A stretch of DNA of 64,000 nucleotides from Candidatus Bathyarchaeia archaeon (GTDB lineage: Archaea > Thermoproteota > Bathyarchaeia > Bathyarchaeales > Bathycorpusculaceae), in assembly GCA_038883795.1 (NCBI GenBank), contig JAVZLK010000007.1, positions 22,111 through 86,110 on the forward strand, given 5' to 3'. The position numbers were made by a program, and so were the translations under genes. Below are positions 19,012 through 29,255 of the stretch, in pieces. The notes beneath the pieces were generated by a model. That model searched no databases. It was not told the origin of the DNA and saw nothing but the letters and a program-made list of their open reading frames with translations. Every line of letters starts with the position of its first letter. Position 1 is the first letter of the stretch.

Positions 19012-19578
19012 ATGTCCCAATTAAGTAAGCATTTGCAGCCTGATGAGAAAGTTTTATGGAGCGGCAAACCAGCTTTGATACCCTTCATATTTTCTGGACT
19101 TATTGTGATTCCCGTTATCGGAATCGTATGGCTGATTTTTGCTACATTTTTTGTGTTGTCTGCTCTTTCAATGAATGCGCCCATGTTTCCCTTTGTACTC
19201 TTTAGCTTGTTCATCATTTTGATGGGTCTCGGTATAATTGTTGGACCATTATTTGTTGAGTTTTTAAGGTATAGAAATACGGAATACATGATTACTGACC
19301 AACGTATAATAGCGCAGACGGGAGCAATAGGAATCGACACAAGATTTGTTGAACTTAACAAAATTCAAGAGGTATATGTAATCGTTAGCTGGTTAGATAA
19401 AATTTATGGAACAGGCTCAATAGTGGCTGTAACAGCGGGCTACGTTCCAGTTGGTGTACCAAGCCCATACAACCCGCTTGTGCGTCCAGCTTTAAAGGCA
19501 ATAAGCCACCCATATGAAGTTCAGAAGCTCCTTCAAGAAGCCGTAAGAAGGGCAAGCAGCTCCCAGAGTAAGATTTAG
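19012..19578 (+). CDS. Membrane protein with bacterial PH domain
   Basis: DEKVLWSGKP, two TM segments, then YMITDQRII..G..KIQEV...DKIYGTGSI. Confidence 0.75.
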   Translation: MSQLSKHLQPDEKVLWSGKPALIPFIFSGLIVIPVIGIVWLIFATFFVLSALSMNAPMFPFVLFSLFIILMGLGIIVGPLFVEFLRYRNTEYMITDQRIIAQTGAIGIDTRFVELNKIQEVYVIVSWLDKIYGTGSIVAVTAGYVPVGVPSPYNPLVRPALKAISHPYEVQKLLQEAVRRASSSQSKI

Positions 19579-19628
19579 TAAAGGATAAGTGGTGTTTTTA
19601 CAAATTTAACCTTCGGCGACGCTTAGTA

Positions 19629-22529
19629 ATGAAAAGTCCCTCGGAATCTAATGTTTTCACTATTCTTGCTTCGTCAATTCAAGAAGGATTAAAGGAGCTT
19701 GGCTTTCTTAAACCCACTTTGCCTCAGGTTATGGCTATTCCACCAATTTTTGCTGGAGAAAATGTGCTTTTGATTGCGCCAACCGGAACTGGCAAGACGG
19801 AGGCTGTTCTCCTTCCAATTTTTTCAAAATTGATGCAGCAAGAAAAGAAAGATGGCATAATAATCGTTTATGTTACACCTTTAAGGGCTTTGAACCGGGA
19901 CTTGTTAAAGCGTTTATCTTTTTGGGCAAACCATTTAGGCATTTCAATTGAAGTTAGGCATGGCGATACAGAATTAAGGCTGCGGAGACGACAGGCTATT
20001 TCGCCGCCCCAAATGTTAGTTACCACCCCTGAAACGCTTCAAGCCATTCTTCCAGGCACACGTATGAGAAAACACTTGAGCCATGTTCAATTTGTTGTTG
20101 TGGATGAGGTGCATGAATTAGCCTCTAGCAAGCGTGGTGCGCAGCTGACAATTGCTTTGGAACGCTTGTATGAGGTTGTTGGGAGAGAATTTCAGAGAGT
20201 GGGGTTGTCGGCAACTGTTGGCAATCCAAGGGAAGTTGCAAAGTTTATTGCTGGGACAAATAGAAGCGTAAGAGTTGTTCAGGCTTTATTGCCGAAGGGT
20301 TATAGGTATTATGTGGAAAATCCAGCGCCAACAGAAGCTGATTATGACTTAGCTGGGAAACTTCAAACTTCGCCGGAAGCAGCAGCCAGAATTAGGCGTA
20401 TAGCCGAACTTGTTGACGCCCACAAGTCTACATTGATTTTTGTAAATAGCAGACCGAACGCTGAAATGTTGGGTTACAAGTTTAGTCAGTTGGGAAGGAT
20501 GGATATTGCTGTTCATCACGGTTCCATATCAAAGGAGGAGCGCATCCAAATAGAGGACGATTTTAAGGCTGGAGTTTTGAAGGCAATAATCTGCACAAGC
20601 ACCTTAGAGTTGGGCATAGACATAGGCGACGTAGACTTGGTTATCCAATATCTTTCGCCTAGGCAAGTTAGCAGCCTAATTCAGAGGGTTGGGCGCAGTG
20701 GTCATCGTTTAGACATGCTTTCTGAGGGAGTTATTGTAACAGCTTTTTCAGATGATACTCTTGAGTCCACGGCAGCCATAAGAAATGCTTATGAGAATAA
20801 GATTGAGCCAGTTTTGATTCATTATAACGCCTTAGATGTTTTGGCTCATCAAATTGTTGGAATATTAATGGATAAGGGAACTGTGGAATTAAAAGAGGTT
20901 TCGGAAATTGTTAGGAGAGCATATCCGTACAGAAAAATTTCTCAGAAAACGCTTTTGGATGTGATATACTTTTTAGACAGCCTTGACGAATTAAGATTTG
21001 AGGAAGAAGGAAAAGTTTTGAGAAAAACACGCAAAACAAGGAGCTACTACTACGAAAATCTAAGCATGATTCCAGACGAGAGACGCTACCCAATAATAAA
21101 CGTAATTTCCGACAGAAAAATCGGCACCTTAGGCGACGAATTCATGGCTTTAAGGGCTCGCATAGGCTTAAACTTCATTGTTAAGGGGAAGGTTTGGCGC
21201 ATAGTCCAAATAGAAGAGGAAACGGGAACCGTTTACGTTGTCCCATCAGAAGACACTTTTGCGGCTATTCCAGGATGGGACGGAGAAATGCTCCCAGTTC
21301 CATTTAACTTGGCACAAGAAACTGGAAGGTTAAGGGAAGAAATTAGAAAAGCTTTAATGGAATCTGGAAAGGCTGAAGAAGCAGCGAAGAGGCTTGCAGA
21401 AAAGCTCAAAATAAACCAGACTGTTTTGTTAGCTGCCGTTAGGGAAGTGGAGGAACACATAAAGCAGGGAGCCCCCCTGCCAACGCATAACCATATTCTG
21501 ATTGAAGCCTTCGAAAAATACCTCATAATTCACGCTTGCTTCGGCGAAATAGTAAACTCCACTTTGGGAGGTATCTTCGACGCAATACTTTCAGACAGAG
21601 AAATCATAACTGGATGGTGGAACGATGGCTACCGAATACTAATTGAAACTCCACGAAACTTAACGCAGCAAGAAGTTGAAAAAATGCCAGAAATCCTCCT
21701 TAAACTCTCTGATGAAGAGGTGGATAAAGCCTTCAAAGATTATTTAGAGGCAAGGTTTCCATTCGCTTACAAAATGAAGTTTGTAGCCGAACGTTTCGGA
21801 GCCTTGCCCCGTGGAAAAACTATGGGTCCGGAAAGACAGAGTCGGCTGCCAAGCAAGTTTAAGGGAACACCAATTTATGATGAAACCTTACGAGAAGCCA
21901 TGCTGGAAAGGGTAGACATTGAAAAGGTGAAAGAAATAATGCATGCGATTAAAGAGGGAAAAATGAAAGTTAGCACCTTATATCGCCATGAAAAGCCAAC
22001 ACCCTTAGCCTTTCACATATTGGCGAAATATTCAGATCTTTCAGAGCTAATGGCTCCGGAAAGAGTGTTGTTAAGCAATGTAGAAAAAATGAAAAAGGCT
22101 GTTGAAGCCAGAACAGCCACGCTATTGTGTATGTCATGTGGTGAGTGGGCTTGCGAGGAAAAGGTTAGGGATTTGCCAGAACAGCCCGCATGCAAGAAAT
22201 GTGGGTCGAGGCTTTTGGCTCTTTTACATCCGAAACAAGATGTCAACCATTTAAAAGAGCTTTTGAAGAGAAGACGAGAAGCAAAAGAATTTGGGGAAGA
22301 AGAGCTTAAAGAATTGACAAAAGCGAGACGAACTGCAGACCTTATTTTAAGTTATGGAAAAAAGGCAATTATAGCCCTAGAAGTCAAAGGTGTTGGTCCA
22401 GAAACAGCCTTTAGAATTCTTGGAAAAATGCACCCATTAGAGGATGAGTTTTACTTAGATTTGTTGAAGGCGAAGATTCAGTATTTGCGAACCAGAGAGT
22501 ATTGGGAAGATAAGAAGGCTTTAGATTAA
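19629..22529 (+). CDS. lhr: Lhr-family DEAD/H helicase with C-terminal Zn finger
   Basis: APTGTGKT, TPLRALNRD, TTPE, DEVH, SAT and QRVGRSGH motifs; CxxC..CxxC near the C-terminus. Confidence 0.9.
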   Translation: MKSPSESNVFTILASSIQEGLKELGFLKPTLPQVMAIPPIFAGENVLLIAPTGTGKTEAVLLPIFSKLMQQEKKDGIIIVYVTPLRALNRDLLKRLSFWANHLGISIEVRHGDTELRLRRRQAISPPQMLVTTPETLQAILPGTRMRKHLSHVQFVVVDEVHELASSKRGAQLTIALERLYEVVGREFQRVGLSATVGNPREVAKFIAGTNRSVRVVQALLPKGYRYYVENPAPTEADYDLAGKLQTSPEAAARIRRIAELVDAHKSTLIFVNSRPNAEMLGYKFSQLGRMDIAVHHGSISKEERIQIEDDFKAGVLKAIICTSTLELGIDIGDVDLVIQYLSPRQVSSLIQRVGRSGHRLDMLSEGVIVTAFSDDTLESTAAIRNAYENKIEPVLIHYNALDVLAHQIVGILMDKGTVELKEVSEIVRRAYPYRKISQKTLLDVIYFLDSLDELRFEEEGKVLRKTRKTRSYYYENLSMIPDERRYPIINVISDRKIGTLGDEFMALRARIGLNFIVKGKVWRIVQIEEETGTVYVVPSEDTFAAIPGWDGEMLPVPFNLAQETGRLREEIRKALMESGKAEEAAKRLAEKLKINQTVLLAAVREVEEHIKQGAPLPTHNHILIEAFEKYLIIHACFGEIVNSTLGGIFDAILSDREIITGWWNDGYRILIETPRNLTQQEVEKMPEILLKLSDEEVDKAFKDYLEARFPFAYKMKFVAERFGALPRGKTMGPERQSRLPSKFKGTPIYDETLREAMLERVDIEKVKEIMHAIKEGKMKVSTLYRHEKPTPLAFHILAKYSDLSELMAPERVLLSNVEKMKKAVEARTATLLCMSCGEWACEEKVRDLPEQPACKKCGSRLLALLHPKQDVNHLKELLKRRREAKEFGEEELKELTKARRTADLILSYGKKAIIALEVKGVGPETAFRILGKMHPLEDEFYLDLLKAKIQYLRTREYWEDKKALD

Positions 22530-22571
22530 AGCTTTAATAACAATAACTGTTTAGGAAACATTCTTTAAGGT

Positions 22572-23843
22572 GTGTTCATGAGCAATGAAGAAGCTCCAGA
22601 GAGTCGACTTAAGCCAACCTTAGGCTTGTTTGACGCCACTGCCATAAGTGTTGGCGCTATTATTGGGGCTGGAATATTTGTTGTTACTGGTATTGCTGCT
22701 GGTTATGCTGGTTCAGCTTTGATGGTTTCAATGGTTATAGCGGCAATAATTGCCATGTTCACTGCCTTAAGTTTTGCAGAATTAACGGCTTGGATGCCTA
22801 AGGAAGGAAGCGTTTATGAGTATACGCATCGGTTGATTTCGCCTTTTGCTGGCTTTTTAACTGGTTGGATGTGGGTTGTCTCCAACACTTTTACTGGCGC
22901 TGCAGTGTCTCTCGGATTTGCCTACTACTTGACTGCTTTATTTCCAAGCGTAGAAGCGAAATGGGTTGCAGCCTTCCTCTGCATGTTTTTTACAGTTCTG
23001 AATTATTTTGGTGTTCGCCAATCCGCAATTGTCAACAATATTTTGGTGGCGGCAAAACTATTCATTTTGGCTTTTTTCTGCATTTTTGGCGCCTTCCACA
23101 TAAACCCATCAAATTTCGCATCCTTTAACCCGTTTAAAATGGGAGTTTTTTACGGCGCAAGCTACATCTTTTTCGCCTATGGAGGCTTTGCAAGGGTTGC
23201 TGTAATAGCTGAAGAGGTTAAGGACGCAAAGCGAAATGTTCCAAGAGCAATGCTACTCTCGTTAATCATATCTACAATTTTCTACATCCTCGTAGGCGCC
23301 GTCGCCATCGGACTTGTTGGAGAAAGAAGTTTGGCGGGTTCCAAGTCGCCACTAAAAGAAGCTATTGGCATTACGGAAAATTCAGCAGCAGAATACCTTG
23401 TATCCCTTGGAGGATTGTTAGCCACAGCAAGCGTTTTACTCACATCAATTTTAGGAGTTTCGCGCATGGCTTATGCAATGGCAAGAAGGCAAGACCTGCC
23501 ACAAGCCTTAAGTAAAGTTCATAAGAAATATGCCACGCCATACTATTCCATCTGGATTATTGGCGCTTTAATGATAATCCTTGTCTTATCCATAGACCTA
23601 ACAAGCGTTGTAGCCATAAGCACTTTCGCATTACTTTTCTATTACGCTTTGGCAAATCTTTCAGCCTTAAGGTTAAAGACGAAGGAGAGAAGATATCCAA
23701 AATTCATTCCCACAATTGGAGCATTTACTTGTTTGGCGCTTTTGGTTTTTATCCTATTTGTTTCACCGCAAGCATGGGTTATGGGCACCACAACCTTATT
23801 AATAGGCGCAGTCTATTACGCTGCAAAACATAAACTCAGCTAA
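22572..23843 (+). CDS. APC-family amino acid permease
   Basis: GAIIGAGIF, FAYGGF and AEEVKD motifs; about 12 TM. Confidence 0.9.
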   Translation: MFMSNEEAPESRLKPTLGLFDATAISVGAIIGAGIFVVTGIAAGYAGSALMVSMVIAAIIAMFTALSFAELTAWMPKEGSVYEYTHRLISPFAGFLTGWMWVVSNTFTGAAVSLGFAYYLTALFPSVEAKWVAAFLCMFFTVLNYFGVRQSAIVNNILVAAKLFILAFFCIFGAFHINPSNFASFNPFKMGVFYGASYIFFAYGGFARVAVIAEEVKDAKRNVPRAMLLSLIISTIFYILVGAVAIGLVGERSLAGSKSPLKEAIGITENSAAEYLVSLGGLLATASVLLTSILGVSRMAYAMARRQDLPQALSKVHKKYATPYYSIWIIGALMIILVLSIDLTSVVAISTFALLFYYALANLSALRLKTKERRYPKFIPTIGAFTCLALLVFILFVSPQAWVMGTTTLLIGAVYYAAKHKLS

Positions 23844-23857
23844 CGGGAGAAACTATA

Positions 23858-24664
23858 ATGTGGGATTTGCTGTTAACCCTATTCGGTTTTATTATTGGAA
23901 TAATAGCTTCTCTAACGGGTATAGGGGGAGGCGCCTTCATAGTTCCCATACTAACAATCCTATACAATTTTGTTCCAGCCAACGCCGTGGGAACAAGCCT
24001 AACCTCTATAATTTTCACTGCAGCAGCATCAACAATAAACTATGCAAGACAAAAGCGAATCTACTACAAAACTGGCTTAATTTTGGCTACAACCACAGCG
24101 CCCGGAGCTTTCTTAGGCGCTCGCCTCACTAGAATAATACCGCCAAATATGCTGGGATTGATTTTTGGGTTCTTCATAATCTTCGTAGCCTTGCGCATGA
24201 TTATCAGCGTAAACGATTTCAGACGGAAGAAGGCAAATCTTGAAAAAGAAACCACTCAAATAATTTTAAAATCCGACGATGAAGTCATAAGTTCTGGAAG
24301 AACAGTCTTGTGGGGGGCAGGATTAAGCTTCTTTGGAGGACTTGCTTCAGGACTTTTGGGCATCGGCGGCGGAGTATTAGTCGTGCCAATAATGGTTTTC
24401 GCTCTGAAAATGCCCATTCACAATGCCACCGCAACGTCCATGTTCACAATGATTATAACATCCATTTCTGGCGTTGTGGAACATTATATGGCAGATCACA
24501 TATACTTTGATTATGCGCTTCTTTTAGCCCTAGGAACAATTTTCGGCGCTCAGGTTGGCGCTTACACTTCTAAAAAAATTTCTGGTAAAGGGCTTCGCAG
24601 AATTTTCGGCATGGTCTTGCTATTTGTATGCTTACAAATGATTCTAAAATACTTGCCCTCATAA
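23858..24664 (+). CDS. TauE/SafE (sulfite exporter) family membrane protein
   Basis: Duplicated GIGGG..VP motif; AVGTSL and ATATS. Confidence 0.9.
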   Translation: MWDLLLTLFGFIIGIIASLTGIGGGAFIVPILTILYNFVPANAVGTSLTSIIFTAAASTINYARQKRIYYKTGLILATTTAPGAFLGARLTRIIPPNMLGLIFGFFIIFVALRMIISVNDFRRKKANLEKETTQIILKSDDEVISSGRTVLWGAGLSFFGGLASGLLGIGGGVLVVPIMVFALKMPIHNATATSMFTMIITSISGVVEHYMADHIYFDYALLLALGTIFGAQVGAYTSKKISGKGLRRIFGMVLLFVCLQMILKYLPS

Positions 24665-25138
24665 CCTTTCAAGGCTTTTGAAGGAGAAATGCTTAATCAC
24701 ATCTGTTTTTAGGGAAAACAGGAAACTTTCAGCCGAAGAAATTTTGGAGCCAAGTAAGCCTTTAAGTTCACGGGAAAAAATGGAAAAATCCGTGAAGTCC
24801 TTATGAATTGAAACCAGCAAAAGAGTTTTTCCGTCGAGACCTTCGCCAGAAGTTATGAAGAGGATTTTCGGATTTTTAAAAATCCAATCTTGAACCTCCT
24901 TTGCTTGTTCCAAATTTATGTTTGACGCTAGAAAGTTTAGTGCTACCATTTCAAATCCAATTTTCTCTAGGTTTGGGATTACGGTGTATTCACGGATATA
25001 TCCTAACTTTTCAAGGCTTTTCCGCATTCTTGTTATTGTTGGCTGAGAAACCTTAACGGCTTTTGCAATTTCTCTGTCGCTTCTTTTAGAATTTATCATC
25101 AACTCGTAAAGAAGATCTATCATTTTCTGTTTCGGCAT
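24659..25138 (-). CDS. Lrp/AsnC-family transcriptional regulator
   Basis: NSKRSDREIAK...SQPTITR..LEKLGYIREYT HTH with a RAM-like C-terminus. Confidence 0.85.
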   Translation of the reverse strand: MPKQKMIDLLYELMINSKRSDREIAKAVKVSQPTITRMRKSLEKLGYIREYTVIPNLEKIGFEMVALNFLASNINLEQAKEVQDWIFKNPKILFITSGEGLDGKTLLLVSIHKDFTDFSIFSRELKGLLGSKISSAESFLFSLKTDVIKHFSFKSLERL

Positions 25139-25163
25139 ACTAAAGAAACCACGCTGTTTTGAG

Positions 25164-27617
25164 CTATTTCTTTTCTTTCCTTTTTAGCATGTTCTCCAAA
25201 ATTGGACGCAACTTCTCATTTTCCGCTTTAATCTTCTCCTTGCCTAAGGCGTGCATCTGCTCGGTCATTTCCCTAATGAGTTCTGCAAATTTTACGCCTT
25301 CTGCAGCGGAAACATATTCCACTCGGAATCTTTCTGGGCTTAATCCAAGCTTGTGAAGCATTGGCGCCAAAGCATCCATCCGCGCTTTCATTTTCCAGTT
25401 TCCACTAATATAATGGCAGTCGTAGGGCAGGTGACATGCAGCGACAAGAACCATTCCAGCGCCAAGCCTTAAGGCTTCCAAAACAAAGTCTCTGTCAACT
25501 CTGCCAGAACACATTACACGTATAGGGCGTATTGTTGGCGGATATTCAAATCTGCTTGTTCCAGCCAAATCCGCTCCAGCATAGCTGCACCAGTTACATA
25601 GGAAAGCCAAAATCTTGCCTTCAGGGTTCGTTTCGAGGGCAGCTCTTATTTGGGCAAAGATTTGGGCGTCTGTAAAGTGCATTTGTGTTATGGCATCTGC
25701 TGGGCATTCAGCTACGCATGTTCCACATCCATGACACATGGCGGTTATAACTTCTGCTGGTTTCTTTTCTTCAATTTTAATAGCCCCATAAGGACAGCGT
25801 TCCGCACAAATTCCACACTTTGTTGTAACGTTTCTGCACTTGTTTGGGTCTACTATGGAAACTATGGGCTCAATTTTCCAGGTAGGCTTTGAAAGCACAG
25901 TTGCCGCTCTGGAAGCAGCACCGCATCCTTGTGAAACGCTGTATGGTATATCCTTAGGCGCTTGGCATGAGCCAGCTAAGAATATTCCATCAGTCGGCGC
26001 ATCTAAGGGTTTAAGCTTGGGATGGCTTTCCATGAAGAATCCGTCTGCCCCCCGTGTTAAGTTAAGTATTCGGGCTATTTCTTCTGAACCTTTTTTGGGT
26101 ATGGCTGCGGTTGCGAGAACAACCATGTCGGCTTCAATTTCTATTGGTTGACCCAATGTCATGTCTTCAGCGTGCAAAATCAAGTTCTTTGTCTCTGGGA
26201 TCTCTAAAACGCGGCTTACCCTTCCACGGATGAAGTTTACGCCAAGCTCCCTTGCCCTTTGATAGAATTCTTCAAAACCCTTAAAGTTGCTCCGTATATC
26301 CATGTAGAAAACGTAAACTTCAACATCATCCTTATACTTCTCCTTAAGTTGGACTACGTGCTTAAGCGTGTACATGCAGCAGAAGTTGGAGCAATATGGA
26401 TACTTGTTTGTGTCCCTTGAGCCAACGCATTGGATGAAAGCTACACTATGCGGCTTTTGTCCATCAGAAGCCCTAACAACCTTCCCGCCCGTTGGTCCCG
26501 CCGCAAGGATTAGCCGTTCAAACTCGAGGGATGTTATTACATTGGCGTATTTGCCATATCCATATAATTGGTTGTCATAGGGCAAGTATATGTCATAGCC
26601 TGTTGCCACAATTATGGCGCCAACTTCCAACTCTATTTCTTCCGGCTTCTGTTCAAAGTTTATGGCTTGTCTCGCCCCGCAAGCATCAACACACTTGTAG
26701 CATTCAATACAATAATCCTTGTTTATGGTGTAAACAAGCGGAACGGCTTGGTCGAAGGGGACGGATATGGCTTTTCTAACGCCTAAATTCATGTCCCACT
26801 CGTTGGGATATTCTATGGGACAGACTTCTTTACATTCACCGCAACCGGTGCAGTTTTCAGCTATAACATAACGTGGGTTTTTGCGAATCCTAACCTTAAA
26901 GTTCCCTATAAAACCGCTAACGCTTAGCAAATCAGCAAAAGCTATAATTTCAATGTTCGGATGCCGCCCCACATCAACCATTTTTGGACCTTCAATGCAT
27001 ATGGAACAGTCAAGGGTTGGAAACGTTTTATCCAACTGAGCCATGTGACCGCCAATGCTTTCTCCCTTCTCAAGCAAGTAAACCTTAAAGCCCATCTCCG
27101 CCAAGTCCAGGGCTGCATTCATCCCAGCAATGCCACCGCCTATGACTAACGCCTTATTGATTACTGGGACCTGTATTGTTTCAAGGGGTTGAAGCAACCT
27201 CGCTTTTGCCACAGCCATTTTTATCAGTTCTTTCGCTTTTTCGGTTGCTTCCTTCGGTGTGCTTGGATGGCACCATGAAGAGAACTCTCGGATATTCGCC
27301 ATCTCAAACAAATAGGGATTCAAATTTACATCGGAAACTGTTCTTCGAAACGTGGGCTCATGCATCCGCGGTGAACAAGCTGCAACAACAACACGATTAA
27401 GTTTATGCTCCTTAATCCCCTTCCTTATTTCTTCTTGTCCAGGGTCTGCGCATGTGTAGCGATTATCCTTCACATAAACAACATTTGGCAAAGTTTTTGC
27501 GTATTCGACCAGTTCTTTTATGTCTATTACGCCTGCAATGTTTAAGCCGCAGTGACATATGAAAACTCCAATCCTTGGCTCTGCGGTTTCAATTTTCTTT
27601 TCAGCCATATTATGCAC
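25164..27617 (-). CDS. hdrA: HdrA-MvhD fusion flavoprotein
   Basis: CHCG, ACSP, GGGIAG, DKTFPTLDC, IQCVGSRD and CSNFCC motifs plus ferredoxin motifs; C-terminal MvhD (CNWCSY, RVMCSGR, CHY). Confidence 0.95.
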   Translation of the reverse strand: MHNMAEKKIETAEPRIGVFICHCGLNIAGVIDIKELVEYAKTLPNVVYVKDNRYTCADPGQEEIRKGIKEHKLNRVVVAACSPRMHEPTFRRTVSDVNLNPYLFEMANIREFSSWCHPSTPKEATEKAKELIKMAVAKARLLQPLETIQVPVINKALVIGGGIAGMNAALDLAEMGFKVYLLEKGESIGGHMAQLDKTFPTLDCSICIEGPKMVDVGRHPNIEIIAFADLLSVSGFIGNFKVRIRKNPRYVIAENCTGCGECKEVCPIEYPNEWDMNLGVRKAISVPFDQAVPLVYTINKDYCIECYKCVDACGARQAINFEQKPEEIELEVGAIIVATGYDIYLPYDNQLYGYGKYANVITSLEFERLILAAGPTGGKVVRASDGQKPHSVAFIQCVGSRDTNKYPYCSNFCCMYTLKHVVQLKEKYKDDVEVYVFYMDIRSNFKGFEEFYQRARELGVNFIRGRVSRVLEIPETKNLILHAEDMTLGQPIEIEADMVVLATAAIPKKGSEEIARILNLTRGADGFFMESHPKLKPLDAPTDGIFLAGSCQAPKDIPYSVSQGCGAASRAATVLSKPTWKIEPIVSIVDPNKCRNVTTKCGICAERCPYGAIKIEEKKPAEVITAMCHGCGTCVAECPADAITQMHFTDAQIFAQIRAALETNPEGKILAFLCNWCSYAGADLAGTSRFEYPPTIRPIRVMCSGRVDRDFVLEALRLGAGMVLVAACHLPYDCHYISGNWKMKARMDALAPMLHKLGLSPERFRVEYVSAAEGVKFAELIREMTEQMHALGKEKIKAENEKLRPILENMLKRKEKK

Positions 27618-28533
27618 CCATCCACCCCAACCTTTTTTCCACAGACTCCATAACCTTTTGAGAACCTTTAGCCTTCAACTCCTTACTCATCACAATAGGA
27701 GACGCCAACCTTTCCAAAGCTTTATTCCAAGCTCCAGAACGGACTGGCGTGTGAATTATTTTTGTTCTTTCAAGCTCTAGGGCTTCCTCCACTGGACAAA
27801 CAACTTTGCAGGCTCCACAGTAAACGCAGAAAACCTCGTTTACATGAACCTTTTTATCTTCATCGGAAAAGTATAAGGCTCCAGTTATTGGGCAAACGTC
27901 TAAACAGTCTGTACATCCTTCTGGACATTTTTCTTGGTGGATGAGGATTTTTCCATGAAAGAATTTGCGCACGTGGATGGTGTCTTCTGGGCATTTGAAT
28001 TCGCAGATTCTGCAACATGGGCAACGTTCCTTTTCAATGTCAATTTTCACTTTAATTCCTTTCCTCTTCCTTTTTGGTCTGGTTTCTAAAACCTTTCCAT
28101 CCTCCGTCATCCACCCAATTTTAATTAAGCCTAAAGGACAAGCCTCTTCACATTCAACACATTTTATTGGACATTTGCTCGTGTCAACTTGAATTTCGCG
28201 AACCAATTGGGGGAAGCTTTCTTTCTCCAAAACTGAAAGGATGTGTTCGCCGTTTATGGTTAATTTTATCGCCCCGAAGGGACAGAGTATATCGCATATT
28301 CCACAGAAATTGCATTTTGCCAAGTCGATGTCAACTTTAGCCTTTTTGGCTTTCTCACCTTGAATTTTAGGCTGTTTCTCAATTTTGATGGCTTCTTTTG
28401 GACATGCTAAAGCGCAGATTTGACAGCCCACGCACAAGTCTTTGTTAAGGTTTAGTCTGTAATTTTTTACATGCAAAATCCATTCTAATGTTAATGTTTG
28501 GGCTGTATCCGTTTTCATGGTTTTTAACGGCAT
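27610..28533 (-). CDS. Polyferredoxin, FwdF-like (six 4Fe-4S motifs)
   Basis: Six CxxCxxCxxxCP-type motifs; overlaps the hdrA start. Confidence 0.85.
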   Translation of the reverse strand: MPLKTMKTDTAQTLTLEWILHVKNYRLNLNKDLCVGCQICALACPKEAIKIEKQPKIQGEKAKKAKVDIDLAKCNFCGICDILCPFGAIKLTINGEHILSVLEKESFPQLVREIQVDTSKCPIKCVECEEACPLGLIKIGWMTEDGKVLETRPKRKRKGIKVKIDIEKERCPCCRICEFKCPEDTIHVRKFFHGKILIHQEKCPEGCTDCLDVCPITGALYFSDEDKKVHVNEVFCVYCGACKVVCPVEEALELERTKIIHTPVRSGAWNKALERLASPIVMSKELKAKGSQKVMESVEKRLGWMGA

Positions 28534-28634
28534 TTAATTCACCAAACCGCATCTTTATGATGTGGTAGCCGTAATTGAAGTATAGCCTATAAATTCACTT
28601 TCATATATAGTTTGGTTTTAAAACTTCCCATAAT

Positions 28635-29195
28635 TTAATGATAAATTTTGGTGCAAACAGCCACATAACACTTCAACCCTTCACTTTTCAAACTAAAGGG
28701 CTTGAGACTGGCATGACGTAGTAACTCTTCAAACTCTTCTTTAGTGAAGCTTTTCTTCAAACCAGAAACAACTATAACTGCATTCTCCTTTGCAACCCGC
28801 TTGATCTCCTCTAATGTTTTGGTTGGGTTTGGCATGTTTTGGAGAACAGTAATCCCAAAAACGTGAGTAAACGTGCCTTCTTTTATGGGAATATTATCCG
28901 CATCAGCCAAAATTAGATGCGCATCATCAAAATTTTTTGCACGATTCTTGGCGTAAAGCAAAATCTTCTTTGAAATGTCCAACCCAACAACGGTTTCAGC
29001 TTTTTCGGCTATATAATCGAATAAGATTCCAGTTCCACAGCCGACATCCAAAACCCAAGCGAATTTCTCCATTTTAAGCTCGTCCAATGCTGCCTTGATT
29101 TTCGCTGTTTGTTCTTCGGCATAGCGCATATCATAAATTTGCGCCGTCAAATCGTAGCGACGCATTATACTGCGCTTTTTCTTCCATTCACTCAT
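28635..29195 (-). CDS. Class I SAM-dependent methyltransferase
   Basis: VLDVGCGTG motif I; GLDIS. Confidence 0.85.
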   Translation of the reverse strand: MSEWKKKRSIMRRYDLTAQIYDMRYAEEQTAKIKAALDELKMEKFAWVLDVGCGTGILFDYIAEKAETVVGLDISKKILLYAKNRAKNFDDAHLILADADNIPIKEGTFTHVFGITVLQNMPNPTKTLEEIKRVAKENAVIVVSGLKKSFTKEEFEELLRHASLKPFSLKSEGLKCYVAVCTKIYH

Positions 29196-29255
29196 GGGGA
29201 CTCTTCAGAAGTCTTATGTATGCATGCGCCCTTCTAAAATTATTGGCGAATTAAA

